A stretch of DNA of 64,000 bases from Octopus vulgaris (Eukaryota): positions 67,518,001 to 67,582,000 of the forward strand of contig OX597833.1 in the NCBI GenBank assembly GCA_951406725.2, in the 5' to 3' direction. Positions 54,469 through 64,000 of this stretch are shown piece by piece. A program made the translations under genes and the position numbers. The first letter of the stretch is position 1, and every line of letters starts with the position of its first letter. The notes under the pieces were generated by a model. That model did not search any database. It saw only the letters and a list, made by a program, of their open reading frames with translations, and was not told where the DNA came from.

Positions 54469-55570
54469 CATAATGATAATAACAATAACGATGATGATGA
54501 TAATGGTAATTAGTACATCTGTCACAGCTGTTTTAGTGACTAAAAGCGATCGCAATAAAGACAGGCTTTGTCGACCTGCATGAAAGCAGCATTGTATATT
54601 CTTTGAGAATCCTAAGAAATATTCTTGAGATTTGAGGAGACTTGTCATGAATCCTCAAGATTAAATTGCAGGTAATTAAATTCGCAATGCTCTAGCGAAA
54701 TAATGATAATAAAATTGATAATAATAATTATTGTAACAACAGCAGCAACAATTATTATAATAACGGTAATTTTGAGAATAACGATTGTTATTTGCTTGGA
54801 ATGATTTTTTTTCTAATAGTAATATTTTGATGTCCTACAAAACAACGTATGATTGTTAGAAAACTGAAAAAAACAGAATGTCAGCTAAGACATAAGGATA
54901 AAGAAATGTATACAGGGAGATAACAAAACACATCTTAACGTCGTATTATCGACTACCATCACCACTACTAGCAACTAAAGTAATATCTAAAAACAGAAGC
55001 AATAGCAGTGATGGCAGAAAACACGACAGTGCAAACAATAATACACATATCACACGTAATAAAATGTTCTGTAAATATTATCAGGAAACAAATATATACA
55101 GAATGTGGATGTTAGGAAGCAAACAAACGCTAAAAAAAAATTATGGGTTTAAAATGAGAGACAGGCAAATAGTTGTGTGATAACCGCTGTGTTGGACATA
55201 TACGAAATATGTAACCAGAAGTTGCCTGCTATGTATTGTACCTAAGCTACGTTCGGTGGTATTGTGAAAGCTGTGAGCGCAAATATATTTACGTGTTCGT
55301 GTGTAAACAGACAAGTATGCGCAGAGAAAACATAAGCAACGATGGCGTGCACACATAAACACACGCACACATACAATATATATATATATATATATATATA
55401 TACCCGCGCAAATACTCTAGAGTATTCCTTATAGTTAACAATCCGCTTAACAATTTGTGGGTTTATATGCATATCAACACGACAATAATGTACATACGTA
55501 CAGACATACATACGTAGATACGTTTGTATATATATATATATATACGTACAGACATACATATAGATACGTT

Positions 55571-55652
<82 letters not shown>

Positions 55653-55689
55653 TATGTATGTATATATATATATATATATGTATGACTTA

Positions 55690-55910
55690 GTTAACTTAGA
55701 CTGGTTTCGGCCAATATCGGCCCATGCCATGACTAACTCAATAGCACCACATGGGAAAGTATTTTCGCTAATCCTTTCGGCACACCATGGAGCACTCAAG
55801 CTGAGAGTTGTTGTTGGTTGAGATGTATTCAGGTGTAGGTGGTCTATCTGGTATTTCTTGGAGAAATTTGTCCAGGTACCTTTTGAATGTTGTGGTGTCT
55901 TTTTGTACTT
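55690..55910 (-). mobile_element. 3' end of a CR1/L2-like LINE
   Basis: TFKRYLDKFLQEIPDRPPTPEY...NNS then stop and a 3'UTR hairpin ggccgatattggcc. Confidence 0.75.
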
Positions 55911-56587
55911 GTTTGTATTTTACATGGGTATGTCTGCATTTTCATTATTTATATTGATTTACGACTAACTATATTTTTCATATACATATATACGCCAGCT
56001 ATGTTGTTGTTGTGTTTTTGTCTCATTTGGTCTAAAGTCGTATGACAACCACCGTTCTATATATTTTGTTTATTCATTACTGTTTTCAATTTCGTTTTCG
56101 TCTCTTGTATTCACATCCGTCTTGTGCGTTCACATTCCTGTCTTCTACCAAGAAATCTAATGCTTACAGCTTAGTTTTTTTCTTGGGGCTGGCCGAGTTG
56201 GAGCAAATATCAGAATTGAACAGCCGAAATTTGCTATGATGACTCGGTGTCTGACTGAAGATTGAAGGCTTCGAATGATTTGTCTGTGTTCCGTGTTCGT
56301 CCCTTCCTGTATTTCACGTTCATTATATATAAAAACATTCATTCTTATATTATTGCGGCGTTACGTGCACCCCCCCGTTTGTTTGTCCAATTTTAAACCC
56401 TGCACGACTTCTATACACACTGTCTTTTACTACCCGCCATTGCTTCTTCACCAAACTTTTTGGCGCCCTCCGATTCTTCCCCTCTCTTCCTCCCATCCTC
56501 CTCCCCTCTTCCTCCCATCCTCCTTAATCCCTTCTTTCTCCTTCTCTCTTGGTCACTGATTCTGTCCCATATATACATATATATATA

Positions 56588-56635
<48 letters not shown>

Positions 56636-56659
56636 ACACGTTATACATACAGAAATATG

Positions 56660-56690
<31 letters not shown>

Positions 56691-56697
56691 AAGTGAA

Positions 56698-56885
56698 GTT
56701 GCGTGGCTTAGTGGTTAGAGTCTGACTTACATTCGTCAGGTTGTGAATTCAGTTTCGGCTGTGTTTCATATTTTTTAGCAAGACATGTTGCTCCAGTTCA
56801 CTTAGCTGTAGAAATGAGTTACGCCGTCATTGATGCTAAGCTGTGTCGACCTTTGCCTTTCCCCTGGGTTAAATCTGTGTCGTGA
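56698..56885 (+). mobile_element. Degenerate tRNA-derived SINE
   Basis: A box gcgtggcttagtggttagag; ttgctccagttcact.agctg..aaatgagt central motif. Confidence 0.55.
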
Positions 56886-59049
56886 ATATGCAAGATTTTT
56901 GAATGCGTGGGCGAATTATGGTCTTCCGGACTTGTGCCTTGTAGGGGAACTTTCTAATTGCAATCCCATGGTCATTCCTGACCGAAGGGGAATGAAGAAC
57001 ATTCTCAGAAAACTGCTTTCTTGAAGACAGCGAGATTTTTATAATTATGATGAAACGAGACATTGAGTGACCCTGTACAACAGGTTGCTCTCTGCTTCTA
57101 CAGAATTCGCTTCAGCAAGCGAAATCGCGAACTCTGAGAAGTTGAATGGAAATAATAACAATTATAATCACAATTTATAATTTCGAAAATGTTTATTTTA
57201 GTAAATGATCACTTATTACTTTGAATACTGTTTTGGATAGCAGCAGTTTATAAAACACCATCAGACCAGTGAGCGGGTGAAAATGAGAGTGGGAGATGTT
57301 ATTAATAACATTAGTATTAATTTATATTTCCTTATAAAGCATTTTGTTTATGAAAGAATTTATCGAAAATTTAATCGTTATTAATCTAAGAGGAGTGATG
57401 TCAAACAAAACAATATTGACCATAAATAATATAATAATTGTCATAATGATGAAGACAAAAAATTTAATGTCTGAATTTTGTAAATATACAAAGAGTGTAT
57501 CAATAAAATATAAAATAAATAAATAAAATATTTAAAACTTTGTGTGACAAAAGACATGTCTTTTGTTTGTCTTCAATTTTCTTCTTCCACTTTTACTTCA
57601 CCGCATCTGTTGCAAGAATTATAATGTATTGTTTTGTAAATGTCCATTTCATTATTGGTTGTAATCTGAGGCATAAATTTCGAGTCAAGAGATTTTGGTT
57701 AATTTTCTAAACTCCAATTATATTCCCAGCGATAAATATGTCTCTAGATTATATTGCCTATCTCTGCAAAAATATCAGATTGGGAACTTACCTGGTTTAA
57801 TCTTTTGCAACAGCATTCAAATTTGTTTCACCTTCTGTTCTACCGTTTGCAAATAATTATGATTGCTCTGACAGTATTAGAATTGGTCTCAGGTGAGTTA
57901 GTTAGCATCAGAAGGGTTAATGAAACAAATGAATGTTTGGAAGTACGTAGAGGTGTCAGATATTTGTTTGGGTTTAATTTAGGATCGTCTTGAGGGAAAT
58001 GAAGCCGGTCGCTAACTAAGGTAGAAGACATTTTGATTTAAGAGGGTTCCTGCTATTTACAAATATGTGGTTGAGATGGTATGTTGGTTGAACATACCAT
58101 ATACTCTTCCTTGCAGTCCCATATACTCTTCCTTGCAGTCCCAAAAGAACCAATATCCGGTCTGTTATATTTGCACTTGACAGAAGATTTCAAGAGAAAA
58201 ATTGTACTAGTTTCCCTTTTGAAATCGGTATCACTTGTCAGGTAATATTTTCGCCACAACATCTTTAGTCAGTATTCTGTTGACGCTCAACCAGTACATC
58301 AGGCTGTTCTTAAATCGGCGGACGTCAGTTATTCATCGCTATTTTATTTATTTAATTCAATTTCAGAAAAAAATTGAAGCATGTCTTTGACAATTCCGGA
58401 CGGTATTGAACTTATTTCGGGCGGAACATTTGGCGCACCTAGTACACTCATATACACAGACGCAGACATAGACACGCACACACACAAATACAGACACAGA
58501 CACATACACAGACACACACACACATATATGTATATATGTATATATATGCATATGTATGTATATATATATATATATGTATAATTATACATATATATATATG
58601 TATATATGTATATATATGTACATATATATATTTGTATATATATGTATATGTTTATGTATATATATATATATGTATATATATGTATATGTTTATAGATATA
58701 TATACACTTAGACACACGTAATGCTGTTTGTTCATATTATTCATATGTAAATAATCTGATATTCAAACCAATGGAACATAAGAGATCAATCAAACCAAAT
58801 ATATTTAATTTTTTTTCTGTATTCGACAAATATGGCCACCCACATTTATATATTTTTCTTTTTTTTTTTCACTGATCATAGAATTATAATGTTTTCACCA
58901 ATGTAAAAAACAAAACAGTCGCTACTAAATTTTATGGTCTGAAAAGGGTGATGACAAATGCGAGGGTTTGCTGAAAGATTCAGATGCTGACAACATCTGA
59001 AGTGATTATGGCTACATTCTTACGATAAGCAAATATTAAAACGAAATTT

Positions 59050-59180
59050 AGGGGCAGATATCTGAAAGGACCAAGAAGATTTTCTTAGTTGAACTTATGG
59101 GAATTGAACAAACAGGAAGAGAGGCATGATGAGGCCTATGAACGGAAGCGTGCCAAATATGAAAGACTTCAGCAAATGTC
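59050..59180 (+). mobile_element. Short RLE endonuclease remnant of another non-LTR clade
   Basis: SERTKKIFLVEL, then EERHDEAYERKRAKYERL (compare ELTVPWEE...EAYERK..KY..L). Confidence 0.6.
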
Positions 59181-59309
59181 GGCGGGCGCTTTTCGTCTTC
59201 TCCCATCCTTATCATCCTTGCATCATTATCATTCATTTCATTAATGTCTGTGTCCAGCCCGCAAGCTACCTTACTCTATGTACTGCCTTTATGGCAAATT
59301 TAATAAGAT

Positions 59310-59455
59310 AAAGAAGCTTGCTTCCCAACCATATGGTTCGGGGTCGAGTCCATTGCGTGACATCTTAGGCAAGTGTCTTCTATTACAGCCTCGGGTCGTC
59401 CAAAGCCGTGTGAGTGGATTTGGAAGAGGGAAACTGAAAGAAGCCCGTCGTATAT
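59310..59455 (+). mobile_element. Family A SINE head and CORE fragment
   Basis: agcttgcttcccaaccatatggttc..cttaggcaagtgtcttc..gaaactgaaagaagcccgtcg. Confidence 0.85.
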
Positions 59456-61537
59456 ATATATATATATATACAAAATAAGAAAATGGAGGATTAGATTCCT
59501 TTCAATCATCAACTTACAGATAATACCAATTCATATAATTTATTAACTAATTAAATAGGAACATCCAAATCCAACAGAATTAGACAAAATAAAACAATAT
59601 ACATCAATAAGTAAGATAACACCATAATTTGTACTTATATATATATATATATATGTATGATATTTATAGGCATGATTTTTCAGCAACGCATAACTAGCAT
59701 GAATATATACATTTGGCCGGATTATCCGTTAGGATACTTCGTAGAATTATCTGTTTGGAGATTTCACATTACATGCTGGACTGTTTCCGAGTGTTTGGAA
59801 TTATTTATTTGCACAAAAATCTCGGGGATCTTTTGAGAATCCTGTTGTAATTTTCCGACGAAACGTAATTGTAATCCTGGTATACAATGACCAATTTCGT
59901 GGGCGTATGATCGTTAAAGTGGGATATATATTATGATATTATCATCTAGGCTTCTCATTCTCAATTGTGAGTAGTTTATCTGCATCTCAAGGTATAAATG
60001 ATTGTGACGTTGCACTTTATGTACTGCCCGGTCTATCACTTATCAGATCTCGGTGTAGCCTTGTGACCAAAATCTGTTCTGGCACAGAGAACTAAAGTAT
60101 TCGTCAGAAATGCTAGATTTCTCAGTTGCTTCTGTTGAAAGACTCAGAAAGATATTGTTTATAACCTCACATTGATGTCCATATGAATTTTTAATTATTC
60201 ATTTATAAAAGTTATTTCCGTGCATATATAATTCTTTGAATACATTAAATATGAGACTGAACAGTTAAATACTCATGGTAAGCAAATTACTATACATACA
60301 TATGTGTACATGCGTGTGTATATGTGTTTGTATGCGTGAGTGTGTAAGAATGACTGTGTATGTAAATATATATCCCTGGATCACTGTATCGACCAGACTA
60401 TCGAATGTTGTTATACACCGTTGATCACAATGCGATTCCTCGTATTCATTGTAAATTTTCATTGATATCGATGGATTTACACCTTGGTGGAATGGTAAAA
60501 TGTGAAATGAAGAATCTTGCTAGAAAATGCAAAACTCTAACGAGGGGGCCACAGGCCAGAACGCGCCTAAATACACACCAGCACGTGCACACATATATAT
60601 GTGTATGAATGTGCTAGCGTGTTTAGTGTATGATTGCATGTTATAACGTGATACTCGGCCACATATTGCTTAAGTTTTCATGCATGTAGAATGGTGTCAC
60701 ACGTGTTGTCTGGCACGTTTCGGGAGGCACAGAGTTTAGGACACAGGCCTATACAATAAAACTGTACCTATAGAATGCTACATTCGTATTCCTTCCATAT
60801 TTTATCATCTCTCATATACATACATACATACATACATACGTGTATATATATATACATATATATATACTCATACACACACAGAGAAGTATATATATATATA
60901 TTTGTATCTATTTATCTATATATATTTATATATATATACATATACCAACATTTTTATGTTAGCCTGTACTTGTGTCAATATATCAACTTATCTATATCTT
61001 TCTAATTATCTATCAATGTGTATTTGTATATTTCAATATCAAGCACACGCACGCACACACTCATACACACATATATACGCATATACACTCATACACACAT
61101 ATACACACATATATACGCATATATATGTGTGTATGATTGTATATACATACACACACAAACATATATATATATATGTGTGTACATATACACGCACACACAT
61201 ACGTATTCACTTTGTTCATTGAAACAAAGTGTGAGGCTAGCGATATCACTAAATTCTATTTAAATTTAAATTAACGTTAGGCCTCATCAGGAAGAGAATT
61301 ATGAAAATATTCATAACCATACTCTGGAGTCACATTAATGTCTATCGATTACTGTCGAACAATTAATCAAGCCATAGATAATAGAGTGATGAAATTGTTT
61401 TAATTTAATTTTACCAAACATTCCTTCAAAATTTATCTTATATAACAAAATTATTTTTTTATATGAAAGAAATAGATACCTATCTATATAGATAGAAATA
61501 CATATGTATATGCATATGTATACACGCACAGACACAA

Positions 61538-61598
<61 letters not shown>

Positions 61599-61788
61599 CA
61601 TATGCATATGTATGTGTACATATATGTGCATTTATACATCCACACAAACATGTGTGTGTGTATGTGTGTATATGTGTGTGTGTGACAGAGACAGAGAGAG
61701 TGCATGTTGTGTGTCTGTGTATATTATAGACATCAATTTATTTTCAGATATACGAATTTATGAGGGAAGGCAGAATATGTATGTGTGC

Positions 61789-61875
<87 letters not shown>

Positions 61876-61961
61876 CAATGCGCGTGTATACATGTGGGAG
61901 TATGTATAAATATATCTATATGTATATTCATATATATATATACATACATATATATATGCAA

Positions 61962-62037
<76 letters not shown>

Positions 62038-62060
62038 GTATATATATGTATATATATATA

Positions 62061-62099
<39 letters not shown>

Positions 62100-62100
62100 C

Positions 62101-62158
<58 letters not shown>

Positions 62159-62473
62159 CGATCCCTATATCTTTATATATCTTATCCATATATTGATATA
62201 TTTATATATATGTGTTACTGTATCCACGTATGTACGGTTTGTATGTATACATATATAAACGTGTGTAGATAGGCATGAACCGGCATTGTTGGAGGCATTG
62301 TCAAATTCTCAGTAAAATAGATAGACAAGCGAAACATTAAAGAACAAACGATCATTGTGTTGCGTATCTTTGATCTTTATATCTCCGCATGAATAAATAT
62401 TAAAACAGATGTGTTTAAATTTACTGATAGAACTAAGATAAACTTTTTTATATATTTTATGGCTATTTTTACG

Positions 62474-62483
62474 ACTATTATTA

Positions 62484-62556
<73 letters not shown>

Positions 62557-62615
62557 TCTCATTATTATTGCTGTTGTTAATTTTGTTATTATTATCATTA
62601 TTATTATTATTATTA

Positions 62616-62677
<62 letters not shown>

Positions 62678-62689
62678 CATTTATTATTA

Positions 62690-62727
<38 letters not shown>

Positions 62728-62800
62728 GATCATTATTACTATTATTATTATTATGATTATCATTATTATTATTTCTGTTGTTTTTACGATTATTATTGTT
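62474..62800 (+). repeat. (TTA)n microsatellite
   Basis: Direct reading. Confidence 0.95.
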
Positions 62801-62858
62801 GTATTTTTCTTCCATTAGTTTTTATTTACTTTATAACTATCTGTCTAGCTGCTGCTAT

Positions 62859-62952
<94 letters not shown>

Positions 62953-63161
62953 CATTGTGATATTTTACATTCTCGCACGCATGCACACACATGCATACAC
63001 ATACAACACACATGTATAATAGTATATATACGTTCACATACTTTTATATATGTTTACTTGAATTCATATTCATTAATATATATACACACATATATATATA
63101 TGTGTGTGTCTATGTACATGTCTACATATATACATACATACATACATACACACACACATAC

Positions 63162-63194
<33 letters not shown>

Positions 63195-63242
63195 ATACAT
63201 ATACATATACACATACATACGTGCATAAACGTATATATGCAT

Positions 63243-63302
<60 letters not shown>

Positions 63303-64000
63303 CGCACATCTGTATCTAAGTATGAGTACCTACTTATATATAATATATGTAGTAACGTACGCGTGCACGCACATAGGAGCGCGCACATACACCTATATAT
63401 ATATATTCTATTTAACTTCATGTATTTTAGGAACAGTGTACGAAAAATAATATATATAAAAGTGAATTAAAACGAAAATGAAATTCTAAAAGATAAAAAG
63501 GAGATGAAGAACTTTTAACATATCTTTACTGCAATCAGCAATACTCTTTATTTCATTAGAAAAATTTATTCAGAGAACGAGGTTCAGCACCCAAGAACCT
63601 TACACATTCTATTTGTGTGATAAAATGTTAGTGTTGAATGATCAAACATAAAATATATTGGTCAATGTGAACGGGGAATATAGAGGAGCATAGCTGACGT
63701 TGAAAGCGAGAGCCTGGTTCGAGCGACGATTACAGATTTCGCTTTCCCACTCGAAAGCGGTGGCCTTATTTTACTTAATATTCCCTCCCATGGGAACAAA
63801 ATGTCCACATAAAATAGACGTAAAACAACAAAAAATTCTAAACACAGGAAAAATAGAAAAAACTGTTCAATAAAGGCAGAAGAGATGAAAATAATAGTTC
63901 GTATCAAAATAGTTCATAAAAGAAAGAGAAAGGAAAAAACAACAGTTCACAAAGAGTAAATAAAAATATATAGTTCCAGGCTGAAAAAAAATTTCAGGTC

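Noticed and set aside
55700-55735. ggccgatattggcc-gaaac as a hammerhead
   Set aside because: No CUGANGA upstream; better explained as a LINE 3'UTR stem-loop.
63662-63907. Hydrophobic 81-aa ORF
   Set aside because: The hydrophobicity comes from T-rich low-complexity sequence; no other support.

Overview
AT-rich eukaryotic genomic DNA made up mostly of microsatellites [(TA)n, (CA)n, (TACA)n, (GATA)n, (TAA)n] and interspersed repeats. The SINE families and repeat landscape look like octopus (coleoid cephalopod) DNA; this is recognition, not a database result. Nearly all ORFs in the supplied track are microsatellite or SINE read-through artefacts. Supportable content: three tRNA-derived SINE families (CORE-type, Meta-type and a third), decayed Tc1/mariner transposases, fragments of RTE, CR1/L2-like and RLE-bearing (R4/Dong-like) LINEs, several Penelope-type repeats carrying minimal hammerhead-ribozyme motifs (some as fold-back inverted repeats), and three minisatellites. 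A chain of short phase-compatible minus-strand exon candidates at 0.6-3 kb may encode the Cys-rich C-terminus of an unrecognised gene. Most notable: hammerhead-like repeats with family-wide core variants, including a 431-bp fold-back with a 17-bp target-site duplication; multi-headed SINEs sharing an identical junction at two loci; (TAA)n-targeted elements; and a 3' tail shared between a SINE and another repeat. No prokaryote-type system (CRISPR, operon) is present.
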